Assembly (NCBI GenBank): GCA_002389045.1
Contig: DGNS01000015.1
Location: 196,217-260,216, forward strand
Direction: 5' to 3'
DNA length: 64,000 nt
Source of the DNA: Thiotrichaceae bacterium UBA4486
GTDB taxonomy: Bacteria; Pseudomonadota; Gammaproteobacteria; Eutrophobiales; Eutrophobiaceae
Shown here: one piece after another, positions 35,973 to 46,741 of the stretch
How positions within the stretch are numbered: the first letter of the stretch is position 1
How the letters are laid out: the number at the start of each line of letters is the position of its first letter
Notes under the pieces: model-generated
Told to the model about the DNA's origin: nothing
The model's input: the letters and a program-made list of their open reading frames with translations, nothing else
The model's database searches: none
Translations under genes and position numbers: made by a program

Positions 35973-37760
35973 ATGAGCCAGCCTAAGGCAACCCTTCGCG
36001 CCAGAATCCCGGGTTATTCACTGATGTGTCTGTTGCCCCTGTTTCTCGGCGCCTGTACTACCGTGCCACCCCGGGACACGGATCTGACCGATATCGAACC
36101 CGACAAGCGGGTTGAGGTTTACGACCAGGCGGATGCGGAAGTCACGCCGGACTCTATTCCCCCGAGCCGGCCTGCCCTGGAACTGACCGATGAAATCCTC
36201 TACAAGCTGCTGCTCGCCGAAATCGCCGGGCACCGGGGCATGCTCGATATTGCCGTTGAAAACTACCTCGATCTGGCCCGTTCCACACAGGATCACAAGG
36301 TCGTGGAGCGGGCCACCCGCATCGCCGTTTATGCGCGAGATGATATGGCCACACGCGAAATGGCCGAACTCTGGATCAAAATCGACCCGAACAGTACCGA
36401 TGCCCGCCAGGTACTGGCAATCATGGCCGTGCGTAGCGGCAACATCGACGCGGCACTGGAGCATCTGAATATCCTCATGGATAGCAGCAGCGGCAAAATC
36501 GATCAGAAGTTATGGATGATTGCCAACATGCTTGGCCGTGAGGAGGACCAGGAGGCGGTGCTGGCCGTTATGGAACAACTCATGGCCGACCGGGCGGACG
36601 ATCCGCAGGCGTTATTCGCCTATTCGCATGTGGTGGCGAGACTGGGTGATCTGGAAAGGGCCCGGGAGTTGCTGGAACGGGTACTGGTGTTAATGCCGGA
36701 CAATACCAATGTGGCGCTCAGCTACGTGTCTATACTGCAGCGCCAGGACAAAACGGATGAAGCCATTCAATGGCTGGAAGAAAACCTGAAGACCAGGGAA
36801 GATGATTTCAATCTGCGCCTTATCTACGCTCGCCTGCTCGCCGACGTTAAACAGTTTGAAGCGGCACGCCGTGAATTCGAACTGCTTGCCGCGCAGGCGC
36901 CGAACAATCCCGATGTGCTTTACGCGCTGGGCCTTTTATACCTGCAATCGAGCCGTACTGATGATTCGGAGCGTTATTTCAAACGACTGACCGAAACCGG
37001 CAAACACGTGGACGAGGCCAATTACTACCTCGGCCGTATCGCCGAGGAACGCAATGAACTAGACAGCGCGGGCAGCTGGTACCAGGGTGTCCAGAAAGGT
37101 GAAAATTATTTCGATGCGCAGATCCGGTTCGGGCTGATCCTGGCACGGCAGGACCGGATTGAGGAGGCGCGTGATCATTTGCAGAATGTGCGTGCCGACA
37201 CCCGGCGTGAAAAATCCCTGCTGGTACAGGCCGAAGGTGAACTGCTGGCCGGTGAAGAGCGTTACGAGGATGCCATGACGGTGTATACCGAGGCCCTCGA
37301 TGAGCAATACGATGCGGACATTCTCTATTCGCGCGCCATGCTGGCGGAAAAGATGGATCGTCTTGATATTCTCGAGAGAGATCTGAAGGAAATTATTGAA
37401 AATGATCCGGAGAATGCCCAGGCTCTGAACGCGCTGGGCTACACCCTGGCGGATCGCACGAATCGCTACCAGGAAGCCTACGAATACATCAAACGCGCCC
37501 TGGAAGCCAGTCCGAACGACTTTTATATACTCGACAGCATGGGCTGGGTGTTGTACCGGCTCGGCCGGCTCGACGAATCCGTCAAATACCTGCAACGTGC
37601 CCTGGAGATACGCAACGATCCCGAAATAGCCGCACACCTGGGTGAGGTGTTGTGGGTCATGGGAGACAAGGAACGTGCCCGTGATATCTGGGAAACCGCG
37701 TTACAGGAAACACCGGATGACTCGCGTTTGCTGGACGTGATCAACAGGTTCCAGAACTGA
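35973..37760 (+). CDS. TPR-repeat lipoprotein (orthologous in position to Pseudomonas PA4667, upstream of lolB)
   Basis: 595 aa with a lipobox LFLGAC and multiple TPR-like repeats. Confidence 0.6.
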   Translation: MSQPKATLRARIPGYSLMCLLPLFLGACTTVPPRDTDLTDIEPDKRVEVYDQADAEVTPDSIPPSRPALELTDEILYKLLLAEIAGHRGMLDIAVENYLDLARSTQDHKVVERATRIAVYARDDMATREMAELWIKIDPNSTDARQVLAIMAVRSGNIDAALEHLNILMDSSSGKIDQKLWMIANMLGREEDQEAVLAVMEQLMADRADDPQALFAYSHVVARLGDLERARELLERVLVLMPDNTNVALSYVSILQRQDKTDEAIQWLEENLKTREDDFNLRLIYARLLADVKQFEAARREFELLAAQAPNNPDVLYALGLLYLQSSRTDDSERYFKRLTETGKHVDEANYYLGRIAEERNELDSAGSWYQGVQKGENYFDAQIRFGLILARQDRIEEARDHLQNVRADTRREKSLLVQAEGELLAGEERYEDAMTVYTEALDEQYDADILYSRAMLAEKMDRLDILERDLKEIIENDPENAQALNALGYTLADRTNRYQEAYEYIKRALEASPNDFYILDSMGWVLYRLGRLDESVKYLQRALEIRNDPEIAAHLGEVLWVMGDKERARDIWETALQETPDDSRLLDVINRFQN

Positions 37761-37997
37761 ATGGCTGTTTCGACGTATCGATCAATCAACAACCCGCCAG
37801 GGTTGTGACTGACCGTCGGCCGCCTCCCACTGCCGACGGTTCCTTAACATGATGTCCACCTGCCAGTGAACTCTTTGGTACTATCCGCGGATGGCGGAAC
37901 ACAGTGACAGTGATGTGCCGGCGACTGTTCCCGATAGCGGCTGGCTGTTAAGATGACGTTATTCTGATCCCGACTGCCGGACGATTCGCAAACTCCC

Positions 37998-38627
37998 TTG
38001 AAACTATCCTGTTCATATCTGCTCCGCTGGATACTTGCCTGTCTGGTCGTCTCCATTCTGGCGGGTTGCGCAGGGATGGCGGTGGATGAAGCGGCAACCG
38101 GCCCGCAAGCAGAGGCGCTGTGGCAAACGCGGGAAATTGCCCTGCGGGGTATCAATGGCTGGGCGGTGAAGGGCCGGCTGGCCATAAAAACCAGTGACGA
38201 AAGCTGGACAGCCAGCCTGCACTGGGCACAGAAAGCCCGTCTCTACATGATGCGCATCATTGCTCCTTTTGGACAGGGTACGTACGAAATCAAGGGTGGG
38301 CATGGCAAGGTCAGTTTGCTGACCGATAAGAACGAAGTCTTCGAGGCCACTGATCCGCATACACTGATGACTGAAAATCTTGGCTGGAGTGTGCCGCTTC
38401 TGGGTATGCAGTACTGGATTCTGGGTGTGCCCGAACCGGACCTTGCCGTTGAAGGCAGGGACATCGATTCCCTGGGGCGTCTGATCCGGCTCGATCAGTC
38501 CGGCTGGACGATACAACTGACCGACTACAGGCAGGTGGGCAAGTACGAACTGCCCGCGAAGATCAGCATGGAAAACGACCTGGTCAGGGTCAGGTTGGTG
38601 ATCCATGAGTGGGTTCGGGTCATATGA
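37998..38627 (+). CDS. lolB: Outer-membrane lipoprotein LolB
   Basis: 209 aa with a lipobox ILAGC. It is positioned immediately upstream of ispE as in other gammaproteobacteria. Confidence 0.7.
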   Translation: MKLSCSYLLRWILACLVVSILAGCAGMAVDEAATGPQAEALWQTREIALRGINGWAVKGRLAIKTSDESWTASLHWAQKARLYMMRIIAPFGQGTYEIKGGHGKVSLLTDKNEVFEATDPHTLMTENLGWSVPLLGMQYWILGVPEPDLAVEGRDIDSLGRLIRLDQSGWTIQLTDYRQVGKYELPAKISMENDLVRVRLVIHEWVRVI

Positions 38628-39469
38628 ACAGCAATGGCTGGCCGGCCCCGGCAAAACTGAACCTGTTTTTGCACGTCACCGGCCGTCGTGATGACGGTTA
38701 TCATTTGCTGCAGACGGTGTTTCAGTTTCTCGATTTTCAGGATGAGCTGGCTTTTGATGTTCATCGGGACCCGGCCATCCGGCGCGTCGGTGATTGTCCG
38801 GGTGTTGCCGCCGACTCCGACCTGGTGGTCAGGGCGGCGCGTGCCCTGCAGTCGTACACCGGCAGCCGCCTTGGTGTGGATATCCATATCAGCAAACACA
38901 TCCCCATGCAGGCAGGCCTGGGCGGCGGCAGTTCCGATGCGGCGACCACATTACGGGCGCTGAATCGCCTCTGGGGCCTGGAATTGCCACTCGGTGAACT
39001 GGCTGCTATCGGTGTCAAACTGGGAGCGGACGTCCCGGTTTTCCTGCACGGGCATGCCGCCTTTGCCGAGGGTGTGGGGGAGGAACTGACGGACCTGGAA
39101 CCGGCGGAGGAATGGTACCTGATCATCCGTCCGGACTGCAGCGTAAGCACCGCCGAGATCTTCAATGACGCCGATTTGACACGTCATACCCCACCTATCA
39201 CAATACGCGACTTTCTGGCAGGGAGAGGGCACAATGACTGCCTGCCGGTCGTGTTGCGGCGCTATCCACAGGTCGCCGAAGCAATTGATTGGCTGGGGAA
39301 TTTTTCAGAAGCCAGAATGACGGGCACCGGTTCCACCGTGTTTGCCGCTTTCGCGAACAGGGCGGCCGCCGAAACGGTTCTCGAGCAGGTTCCCGCGCAC
39401 TGGTTTGGCCAGGTTTGCCGGGGACAGAATCAATCCCCCTTACTGCAACGATTGCGGCAACCGGACTGA
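38624..39469 (+). CDS. ispE: 4-diphosphocytidyl-2-C-methyl-D-erythritol kinase
   Basis: PAKLNLFLHVTGRRDDGYH is the GHMP kinase N-terminus and an ATP-motif (GLGGGSSDAAT) is present. Its start overlaps the lolB stop (ATGA). Confidence 0.85.
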   Translation: MNSNGWPAPAKLNLFLHVTGRRDDGYHLLQTVFQFLDFQDELAFDVHRDPAIRRVGDCPGVAADSDLVVRAARALQSYTGSRLGVDIHISKHIPMQAGLGGGSSDAATTLRALNRLWGLELPLGELAAIGVKLGADVPVFLHGHAAFAEGVGEELTDLEPAEEWYLIIRPDCSVSTAEIFNDADLTRHTPPITIRDFLAGRGHNDCLPVVLRRYPQVAEAIDWLGNFSEARMTGTGSTVFAAFANRAAAETVLEQVPAHWFGQVCRGQNQSPLLQRLRQPD

Positions 39470-39607
39470 GATCGGTCAGGATGGTTTATCGACAACAGAA
39501 TTGAACAGCAAGCACGGTGAGCTGGACCGCCAGGGTGGAGCGCAAGGGATATGCGTAACAACCCCGGCAGAGCAGTGACAGGACGAGAACGCAGTACTGA
39601 TTTTTGA

Positions 39608-39684
39608 TGGGGTGTGGCCAAGTTGGTTAAGGCACGGGGTTTTGATCCCCGCATTCCCAGGTTCGAGTCCTGGCACCCCAGCCA
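39608..39684 (+). tRNA. tRNA-Gln (anticodon TTG)
   Basis: 77 nt. TGGGGTGTGGCCAAGTTGGTtAAGGCACGGGGTTTTGATCCCCGCATTCCCAGGTTCGAGTCCTGGCACCCCAGCCA aligns closely with E. coli tRNA-Gln(UUG), has an anticodon loop TTTTGAT, and ends in CCA. Confidence 0.9.
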
Positions 39685-39744
39685 TATCACCCATACCAGC
39701 GGATAACATTGGCGGATCAGAATTTAACAGGTAACGCGAAAACC

Positions 39745-40698
39745 ATGTCACTGGAAAATGTGATGCTGTTCAGCGGTAACGCCAATCCGGATCTGGCGTC
39801 CTGTATCAGCAGCCACCTGAGTATTCCACTGGGCAAGGCCATGGTTGATCGTTTCAGTGACGGTGAAATCATGGTGGAGATCGCCGAGAACGTACGCGCG
39901 CGCGATGTCTACATCATCCAGTCCATCTGCGCTCCGGCCAACGAGAACCTGATGGAACTCCTGGTCATGGCCGACGCCTTGCGGCGGGCTTCCGCCAACC
40001 GGGTGGTTGCCATCATCCCGTATATGGGATACGCGCGCCAGGACCGGCGCACACGATCGGCGCGGGTGCCGATCACCGCCAAGCTGGTGGCCGACATGAT
40101 TTCCGCCGTGGGTATTTCCCATGCGCTGACGGTGGACCTGCACGCCGATCAGATCCAGGGTTTTTTCAATATACCGCTGGATAACGTGTACGCCTCGCCG
40201 GTGTTGCTCGGCGATATCTGGAAGCAGCCCTACGAGGATTTGATGGTGGTTTCGCCGGATGTCGGCGGTGTGGTCCGGGCCCGGGCCCTGGCCAAGCGTC
40301 TCGATGACACGGAACTGGCCATTATCGACAAGCGCCGTTCGAAGGCCAATGAGTCCGAGGTGATGAACATCATCGGTGATGTCGAGGGACGTACCTGCGT
40401 GATCATCGATGATCTCGTGGACACGGCGGGGACGCTGTGTAATGCCGCCGGCGCACTGAAAAGCCACGGCGCGCTCAAGGTGGTGGCCTACTGTACCCAT
40501 GCCGTACTTTCCGGCAGGGCGATCACGAACATCAGCAACTCGAAGCTGGATGAACTGGTCGTCACCGATACCATCCCGCTGGGAACAGCGGCAAGAGAAT
40601 GTGAAAAGATTCGCCAGCTCAGCGTCGCCGCCATGCTGGCTGAAAGTATTCGCCGAATCAGTATCGGCGATTCATTGAGTTCAATGTTCATAGACTAG
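39745..40698 (+). CDS. prs: Ribose-phosphate pyrophosphokinase
   Basis: [12 protein letters not shown] is the Prs N-terminus and [11 protein letters not shown] is the PRPP-binding region. Confidence 0.9.
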   Translation: MSLENVMLFSGNANPDLASCISSHLSIPLGKAMVDRFSDGEIMVEIAENVRARDVYIIQSICAPANENLMELLVMADALRRASANRVVAIIPYMGYARQDRRTRSARVPITAKLVADMISAVGISHALTVDLHADQIQGFFNIPLDNVYASPVLLGDIWKQPYEDLMVVSPDVGGVVRARALAKRLDDTELAIIDKRRSKANESEVMNIIGDVEGRTCVIIDDLVDTAGTLCNAAGALKSHGALKVVAYCTHAVLSGRAITNISNSKLDELVVTDTIPLGTAARECEKIRQLSVAAMLAESIRRISIGDSLSSMFID

Positions 40699-40795
40699 TG
40701 ACTCAATGCTGATGATTCCGCCTGGTCGCGGGCGGGATCCTGTTATGAAAGCCCTGGCAGACAGGGTTTTCTCATCCATAAACGGAGTAATTACG

Positions 40796-41470
40796 ATGAA
40801 AAAATTTGAACTGGTTGCCGAGTCGCGCAGCGATGTGGGGAAGGGTGCGAGCCGCCGCCTGCGTCGTAGCAATAAAATACCCGGCGTTGTCTACGGACAG
40901 GGGCAGGAGGCACTGTCCATTACGCTGGGTCACGATGATGTGTTCCATCAACTGGAGAATGAGGCTTTTTATTCCCATATCCTGACACTGAAACTCGATA
41001 ATAATCCGATCAAGGTAGTGCTCAAGGATTTGCAGAGACACCCTTACAAACGCCGCCTGTTGCACATTGACCTGCAGCGTATTAACGAGTCAGAAGCCCT
41101 GACCATGCGCGTGCCGATTCACTTCATCAACGAGGCCAAGAGCGTGGGTGTGAAAAGCGGCGGCATGGTCAACCACGTCATGAACGATGTGGAAATTTCC
41201 TGCCTGCCCGGTAATCTGCCGGAATACATCGAGGTCGATCTGCTGAATCTTGAACTGGGTTCTTCCATTCATCTCAACGAGCTGAAACTGCCGGAAGGTG
41301 TGGAGCTGTACGCGGCCCTTCATGATGAAAACCTGGATGCGCCGGTGGTTTCCATCGTCATGCCCAGAGCCGTCGAGGAGGAAACCGACACCGAGGCTGA
41401 AGAGGCCGAGGTTAAGGCTGCTGCCGCTGCGAAGGCTGATGAAGATGAGGAAGATTCCGACGACAGCTGA
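40796..41470 (+). CDS. rplY: 50S ribosomal protein L25 / general stress protein Ctc
   Basis: The start is reassigned to MKKFELVAESRSDVGKGASRRLRR. It has an acidic C-terminal tail typical of the Ctc form. Confidence 0.85.
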   Translation: MKKFELVAESRSDVGKGASRRLRRSNKIPGVVYGQGQEALSITLGHDDVFHQLENEAFYSHILTLKLDNNPIKVVLKDLQRHPYKRRLLHIDLQRINESEALTMRVPIHFINEAKSVGVKSGGMVNHVMNDVEISCLPGNLPEYIEVDLLNLELGSSIHLNELKLPEGVELYAALHDENLDAPVVSIVMPRAVEEETDTEAEEAEVKAAAAAKADEDEEDSDDS

Positions 41471-41495
41471 TCCCGCCTGATACCGAGCCGTCGCT

Positions 41496-42107
41496 GTGCC
41501 GGATCCGTTTCAACTGATCGTGGGCCTGGGCAATCCGGGCCCCGATTACGCCCGTACCAGGCACAATGCCGGTTTCTGGTGTATCGACCGTCTGGCGCGG
41601 AAATACGCTTGCCGATTTCGTAGCGAAACACGATTTGCCGGCGACCTGGCCCGCCTGTCCGATGGCGACCTTGATTGCTGGTTGTTGAAGCCTGCCACCT
41701 TCATGAATCACAGCGGCCGCGCCGTGCAGGCCTTGCTGTCCTTTTACAAACTGGATATCGAACAGACACTGGTGTTGCATGATGACATTGATTTGCCTCC
41801 CGGTACCGTGCGCCTGAAAACCGGCGGTGGACACGGCGGTCATAACGGTTTGCGCGATCTCATTCAACAGACCGGCAGTAACGCTTTCAGCCGTGTACGC
41901 ATCGGTGTCGGGCATCCCGGACATCGCGACCGGGTGATCGATTCCGTGCTCGGACGCGCGGGAGCCGAGGAACAGCGGCTGATCGACGAGGCCATTGACG
42001 ATGTGCTGGTATTGATGCCGGATATACTCAGGGGTCGTATGCAAAAAGCCATGACGGTTCTGCATACGGTCGCGCCCGTGGATACCGATTCCACGGACGG
42101 GGACTGA
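41496..42107 (+). CDS. pth: Peptidyl-tRNA hydrolase
   Basis: LIVGLGNPGPDYARTRHNAGF is the Pth signature. Confidence 0.9.
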   Translation: MPDPFQLIVGLGNPGPDYARTRHNAGFWCIDRLARKYACRFRSETRFAGDLARLSDGDLDCWLLKPATFMNHSGRAVQALLSFYKLDIEQTLVLHDDIDLPPGTVRLKTGGGHGGHNGLRDLIQQTGSNAFSRVRIGVGHPGHRDRVIDSVLGRAGAEEQRLIDEAIDDVLVLMPDILRGRMQKAMTVLHTVAPVDTDSTDGD

Positions 42108-42110
42108 AGC

Positions 42111-43196
42111 ATGGGATTCAAGTGCGGTATCGTCGGCTTGCCCAATGTCGGCAAGTCCACTCTCTTCAACGCCCTGACCAATTCCGGCATTGATGCCGCC
42201 AACTATCCGTTCTGCACCATTGATCCCAACATCGGCGTGGTGCCGGTACCGGACCCGAGGCTCGATGCCATCGCCGCCATCGTACAGCCGAAACAGGTGA
42301 TCCCCGCACACATGGAGTTTGTGGATATCGCCGGTCTGGTCGAGGGCGCCTCCAAAGGCGAGGGACTCGGTAACCAGTTTCTGTCGCATATCCGGGAAAC
42401 CCACGCCATTGCCCAGGTGGTGCGCTGTTTCGATGATGACAACATCGTGCACGTATCCGGGCGCGTGAACCCCCTGGAAGACATCGAGGTGATCAACACC
42501 GAGTTGTGCCTGGCTGACCAGGAAACCGTGGACAAGGCGCTGCAAAAGGTGCTGAAAACCGCCAGAAGCGGCGACAAGGACGCGCGTAAACAACAGGTGG
42601 AACTGGAACGCATCGCCGCGCACCTGAACGAGGGCAGGCCGGTGCGCACGCTGGCGGATCTCGCGGAGGAGACGCTGCGGCACCTGCACCTGTTGACCGC
42701 CAAGCCGTCGTTTTATATCGCCAACGTGGAAGAGGAAAAACTCGAGGGCAATCCCTGGCTGGAAAAACTGCAAACACTGGCATCCGCGGAAGGCACGGAA
42801 GTGATCCCGGTCTGCGCCGCCATCGAATCGGAAATGTCGGAACTCTCGCTGGAAGAGAAAACCGAGTTCCTGCAGGACCTGGGGCTAAAAGAGCCCGGCC
42901 TTAACCGCATCATTCGCGCCGGTTACAGGCTGCTGGGCCTGCATACGTATTTTACCGCGGGACCGAAGGAAGTCCGCGCCTGGACCATTCCCAAAGGTGC
43001 CACCGCGCCGCAGGCGGCGGCCGTGATCCATACGGACTTCGAGCGTGGTTTTATACGCGCCGAGGTGACCGCGTACGAGGATTTCATTGCCTACGGTGGT
43101 GAGCAGGGTGCGAAGACTGCCGGCAAGTGGTGGCTGGAAGGCAAGGAATATGTCGTAAACGACGGTGATGTTATGCTGTTCCGATTCAACGTTTAA
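42111..43196 (+). CDS. ychF: Ribosome-binding ATPase YchF
   Basis: [18 protein letters not shown] is the G1 motif. It has a TGS C-terminal domain. 361 aa. Confidence 0.9.
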   Translation: MGFKCGIVGLPNVGKSTLFNALTNSGIDAANYPFCTIDPNIGVVPVPDPRLDAIAAIVQPKQVIPAHMEFVDIAGLVEGASKGEGLGNQFLSHIRETHAIAQVVRCFDDDNIVHVSGRVNPLEDIEVINTELCLADQETVDKALQKVLKTARSGDKDARKQQVELERIAAHLNEGRPVRTLADLAEETLRHLHLLTAKPSFYIANVEEEKLEGNPWLEKLQTLASAEGTEVIPVCAAIESEMSELSLEEKTEFLQDLGLKEPGLNRIIRAGYRLLGLHTYFTAGPKEVRAWTIPKGATAPQAAAVIHTDFERGFIRAEVTAYEDFIAYGGEQGAKTAGKWWLEGKEYVVNDGDVMLFRFNV

Positions 43197-43206
43197 ATAA
43201 ACGGAT

Positions 43207-43259
43207 GTCATTCCGAGCCTTGTCCCTCGCTACGCTTCGGGACAAGGCTCGAAATGACA
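43207..43259. repeat. Perfect 53-bp palindromic element (GTCATTCCGAGCCTTGTCCC-TCGCTACGCTTCG-GGACAAGGCTCGAAATGAC). It is a REP-like unit also found, more diverged, at about 4548-4588, 51775-51830 and 55826-55856.
   Basis: Direct inspection shows 20-bp perfectly complementary arms. It lies downstream of ychF and may double as a terminator. Confidence 0.6.
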
Positions 43260-43272
43260 GGTACTTGTCATT

Positions 43273-43911
43273 ATGGATCCAACCCGGCTTTGCAACGAAC
43301 TGATCAACACCGTCCGCTCCTTCCACGGCAGCGGACTCAGTACCGGTACGTCCGGTAACGCCAGCGTACGTAGCGAAGCCGGGTTCATCATCACGCCGAC
43401 CGGCGTGGACTACGATGATTTGCAGAGCGAGTCCCTCGTAGAAATGGATTTGAACGGTACTGTTGTGAACGGTGCATTAAAACCTTCCAGCGAGTGGCGT
43501 TTCCATCGGGCGATTTACACCTCCCGCCCGGAGACCAACGCGGTGGTTCACGTGCACTCACCCTATGCCACCGGCATCGCCTGCACCCGCAAGGGAATAC
43601 CGGCGTTTCATTACATGATTGCACTGGCCGGCGGCGATTGCATACGCTGCGCCGAATACGCCACTTTCGGTACGGAAGCATTATCCGACAATGCTCTGGC
43701 GGCCCTGCAGGACCGCAAGGCCTGCCTGCTGGCCAACCACGGCCAGATCGCCGTGGGCGGGGATTTGCAGGAGGCGCTGACACTTGCCGAAGCCGTGGAA
43801 AATCTCGCGCAGCAATACTGGATCAGTACTGTTTTCGGGGAACCCGAACTGCTGGATGCGGACGAAATGCGTGTGAATCTGGAAAAATTCAGGCACTACG
43901 GTGAGCAGTAA
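43273..43911 (+). CDS. Class II aldolase/adducin family protein
   Basis: 212 aa. [12 protein letters not shown] holds the Zn-binding His pair. The size matches fuculose-1-P aldolase / MtnB-like proteins. Confidence 0.6.
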   Translation: MDPTRLCNELINTVRSFHGSGLSTGTSGNASVRSEAGFIITPTGVDYDDLQSESLVEMDLNGTVVNGALKPSSEWRFHRAIYTSRPETNAVVHVHSPYATGIACTRKGIPAFHYMIALAGGDCIRCAEYATFGTEALSDNALAALQDRKACLLANHGQIAVGGDLQEALTLAEAVENLAQQYWISTVFGEPELLDADEMRVNLEKFRHYGEQ

Positions 43912-43916
43912 AACGT

Positions 43917-44345
43917 ATGCCATTATCTTTACAACCGTTTCATCTGGCCATTCCCGTTGACGACATTGCAGCGAGCGAGCGCTTTTATGTCGACACCCTG
44001 GGTTGTACGCCGGGACGGCGCGGCGAACGCTGGATCGATTTTGATTTTTTCGGTCACCAGCTTTCCGCGCATCTAACGGCCCGGTCAGACAATCCGGTGC
44101 CGACCAATCCTGTTGATGGTGAGGATGTGCCGGTGCGTCACTTCGGCGTCGTTCTCGACCGGAATGACTGGCAGGCTTTGCAGCAACGCCTGCTCGATGC
44201 CGGTGCGGAATTTTTGATCAAGCCCACGATCCGCTTTGCCGGGCAGCCCGGCGAACAGGCCACGTTTTTTCTCCGCGATCCTTCGGGTAATGCTCTGGAA
44301 TTCAAGTCGTTCCTATCCCCCGAACAGTTGTTTGCCGGAGCATAA
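43917..44345 (+). CDS. VOC (glyoxalase/bleomycin-resistance/dioxygenase) family protein
   Basis: 142 aa. [17 protein letters not shown] matches the N-terminal beta-alpha-beta-beta-beta motif of VOC proteins. Confidence 0.5.
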   Translation: MPLSLQPFHLAIPVDDIAASERFYVDTLGCTPGRRGERWIDFDFFGHQLSAHLTARSDNPVPTNPVDGEDVPVRHFGVVLDRNDWQALQQRLLDAGAEFLIKPTIRFAGQPGEQATFFLRDPSGNALEFKSFLSPEQLFAGA

Positions 44346-44352
44346 TGGCGGC

Positions 44353-45465
44353 ATGGCGATACGTATCCCTCCCGCTGCCGAGCTGATTACCGTGCCCGGT
44401 GAAGTGTCGCTGGAGTACGGCGGGACACTGAAAAGCCCGGTCGTGGCCATGGAACGCCTGGGCCAGGTACGCGACGATTCCGCGCCGGTGGTACTGATCT
44501 TTACCGGCATCTCTCCGGATTCGCACGTAGCCTCCTCGGCGCTCGACGCATCCACCGGCTGGTGGGAATACATGGTGGGCAGCGGTTTGCCCGTAAACCT
44601 GGATGAATGCCAGGTGATCTGCATCAACACACCGGGCGGTTGTTACGGCTCGACCGGACCGTTGTCTATCAACCCGGATACTCATCAAGCTTACGGCCCG
44701 CAGTACCCGCCGCTGAGCCTGTGGGACATTGCCCGCATCAGCGGCATGGCGCTGGAACAGATTGGCATTGACAACATTCATTGCGTTATCGGGCCATCCA
44801 TGGGCGGCATGGTCGCGCTGGCCTGGTTGCTGACCTGGCCGGGCCGTAGCCGCCACATGGTCAATATTTCCGCGACGCTGGAGGCCGGCACCTTCGCCAT
44901 TGCACTGCGATCCCTGCAACGCGAGATCATCCGTTCGGATCCCGGATTCAACCAGGGTAACTACCATGACAGGCGGGCACTGAGGCAGGGTATGACCCTG
45001 GCGCGCAAACTGGGAATGATCACCTATCGATCGGCGGATGAATGGCGACAGCGATTCGGCCGCTCGCGTGACAGTGTGGGAGAGCACGGCGGTCGTTTCG
45101 TGATTGAATCCTACCTGACCCTGAATTCGGAAAAATTTGCTGACAGTTTTGATCCCAACAGTTACCTGATTCTGTCGCAGGCCATGGACTGGTTTTCAGT
45201 AGCGGAGACAACGGCTGATCCGGTGCGGGCGTTTTCAGAGTGCGGGCTTGAATCGGCGCTGGTCATCGGGGTAAATTCAGACTTCCTGTTCCCGGAATAC
45301 CAGCAACGGGAATTGGCGCAATGTCTGCAGGCGGCCGGGATCCACTGTGACTATGAATGTGTAGCATCACATTACGGACACGATGCCTTTCTTATCGACG
45401 AGGAAAATTTCTCTCCCCTGGTACGTGCGTATCTTGGCCGGACTATGGAAAACGCGGAGTCATGA
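44353..45465 (+). CDS. Homoserine O-acetyltransferase (MetX)-like alpha/beta hydrolase. The start is reassigned to ATG 44353.
   Basis: GPSMGGMVALAWL is the nucleophile elbow and CINTPGGCYGSTGP is MetX-like. It is about 370 aa. Confidence 0.6.
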   Translation: MAIRIPPAAELITVPGEVSLEYGGTLKSPVVAMERLGQVRDDSAPVVLIFTGISPDSHVASSALDASTGWWEYMVGSGLPVNLDECQVICINTPGGCYGSTGPLSINPDTHQAYGPQYPPLSLWDIARISGMALEQIGIDNIHCVIGPSMGGMVALAWLLTWPGRSRHMVNISATLEAGTFAIALRSLQREIIRSDPGFNQGNYHDRRALRQGMTLARKLGMITYRSADEWRQRFGRSRDSVGEHGGRFVIESYLTLNSEKFADSFDPNSYLILSQAMDWFSVAETTADPVRAFSECGLESALVIGVNSDFLFPEYQQRELAQCLQAAGIHCDYECVASHYGHDAFLIDEENFSPLVRAYLGRTMENAES

Positions 45466-46061
45466 TCGATACCTATAACGACTTTGGTGAATTGTCAGCG
45501 TATCACCTCGAGGAGGTGGATTACCGTATCCACAGGCGCGAGGTCGATTCCCGCTACGCGATCATGGCCATTCATGGCGGCACTATCGAACGCGGCACCA
45601 TGAAAATTGCCGATCTCATCGCTGCCGACGATTATGCTTATTACTGTTTTGAAGGCATCCACAACGCTTCCCGGCATCTGCATATTACCTCCAACCGTTT
45701 CAATGAACCCCGCGCGCTGGAAGTTGCGCGCAGTGTCGACACCGTGATCACGGTGCACGGCGCTTACGGCCAGGCCCGGGAAGTGTATCTTGGAGGACTG
45801 GACGAGGAACTGAAAAGCCGGTTTATAGAGGCGCTGCTGTCTGCCGGGTTCGCGGCGCGGCCGGATCCCAGTCCGACACGCCAGGGCCGCGGTAAATCCA
45901 ACATCTGCAATCGCGGCCGCTCGGGCCGGGGCGTGCAACTGGAATTACCGCGGGGTTTGAGAAAGTCGCTGTTTATCAAGCCCTCATTCAGGGACAGTAC
46001 CTGGCAGCCCGGTGAACGCTTGCAGGATTTTGTCGCGGCAATTCGCACAGCGCTGGATTAG
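45462..46061 (+). CDS. Poly-gamma-glutamate hydrolase family protein (DUF867). The start at ATG 45462 overlaps the MetX-like stop.
   Basis: IMAIHGGTIERGT and LHITSNRFNEP resemble the Zn-binding HGG...E...H motifs of the PghP/DUF867 fold. The call is by recollection and is moderate. Confidence 0.45.
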   Translation: MIDTYNDFGELSAYHLEEVDYRIHRREVDSRYAIMAIHGGTIERGTMKIADLIAADDYAYYCFEGIHNASRHLHITSNRFNEPRALEVARSVDTVITVHGAYGQAREVYLGGLDEELKSRFIEALLSAGFAARPDPSPTRQGRGKSNICNRGRSGRGVQLELPRGLRKSLFIKPSFRDSTWQPGERLQDFVAAIRTALD

Positions 46062-46741
46062 CGAGACTGTTTGAAAACCAGGTATTGCATGGCCAGGGAA
46101 TTGATCCATGTGGCCAGTTGGTCTGTCCACCCGGGCGCCTGCGCACAGGCCCGCGAGATCTGTATCGACAGCATGCCGTCATCCCGCGTTGCCGGTTGTT
46201 CCCGGGTTTTTACGATCAGGGCATCCTCGGTTTTGTAGATAATATATTTTTTGCCGGTATCGATATCGTGATACACCGACGAGCCGTACTGTGTATCCAC
46301 CAGCCAGTGGCCCGCATTCAACAAAGCAGATTCGAACGGGTCAAACCAGAGCTCGGGCCTGAGATCGTGTGACAGCTTGCGCCGCGTGTTCTGCTCACGC
46401 ACATCGGTATAACGCCCGGAAAGCCGGTCCAGCCGGTACAATGATTCAAAACCCAGGGTCACGGCCGGCCCTTTCCATTTCAGAAAGCTGGCATCCAGTT
46501 GCCACTGATCGCCATAAACCGGGAATTCCTCCGGGAAACAGAAGTCACCGCTACGGAGCACGGCGATGTAAACATCATCGGCAAAGGCCTTGAATTCGAG
46601 TTCGGCCACCGGCTGTTCGATGTTGAAGCGGTCGTAAAGCCAGTACGAGGAAAAGGACAGCAGGGCAACCAGTACCAGCACAAACGGAAAGCCGATGACA
46701 AGTATGAATTTAAGCAGCCTGCGCAGCATGTGATCTTCCAT
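46058..46741 (-). CDS. Hypothetical N-terminally anchored membrane protein. The internal ATG at 46741 or 46729 is preferred.
   Basis: It has a TM helix (LLKFILVIGFPFVLVLVALLSF) followed by a ~200-aa domain with no recognisable motifs. It is the only minus-strand gene in this cluster. Confidence 0.3.
   Translation of the reverse strand: MEDHMLRRLLKFILVIGFPFVLVLVALLSFSSYWLYDRFNIEQPVAELEFKAFADDVYIAVLRSGDFCFPEEFPVYGDQWQLDASFLKWKGPAVTLGFESLYRLDRLSGRYTDVREQNTRRKLSHDLRPELWFDPFESALLNAGHWLVDTQYGSSVYHDIDTGKKYIIYKTEDALIVKTREQPATRDDGMLSIQISRACAQAPGWTDQLATWINSLAMQYLVFKQSR

Noticed and set aside
36018-38654. ORFs 36018..36464, 37059..37637, 37523..37792, 37844..38185 and 38013..38654 on the minus strand
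   Set aside because: They are antisense to the TPR lipoprotein and lolB genes. They have no motifs, and conserved synteny supports the plus-strand genes.
39748-40500. 250-aa minus-strand ORF opposite prs
   Set aside because: It is antisense to an unambiguous ribose-phosphate pyrophosphokinase gene.
41412-42773. 453-aa minus-strand ORF spanning pth and ychF, and related ORFs 42203..42703, 42493..42783 and 42885..43211
   Set aside because: It is antisense to two highly conserved genes, and the translation is low-complexity G/H/R-rich.
44302-45087. 261-aa minus-strand ORF, and the N-terminal extensions of the 44236 and 45357 ORFs
   Set aside because: The first is antisense to the MetX-like gene. 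The extended starts overlap upstream genes by more than 100 nt, whereas internal ATGs give ATGA-type coupling and native-looking N-termini.
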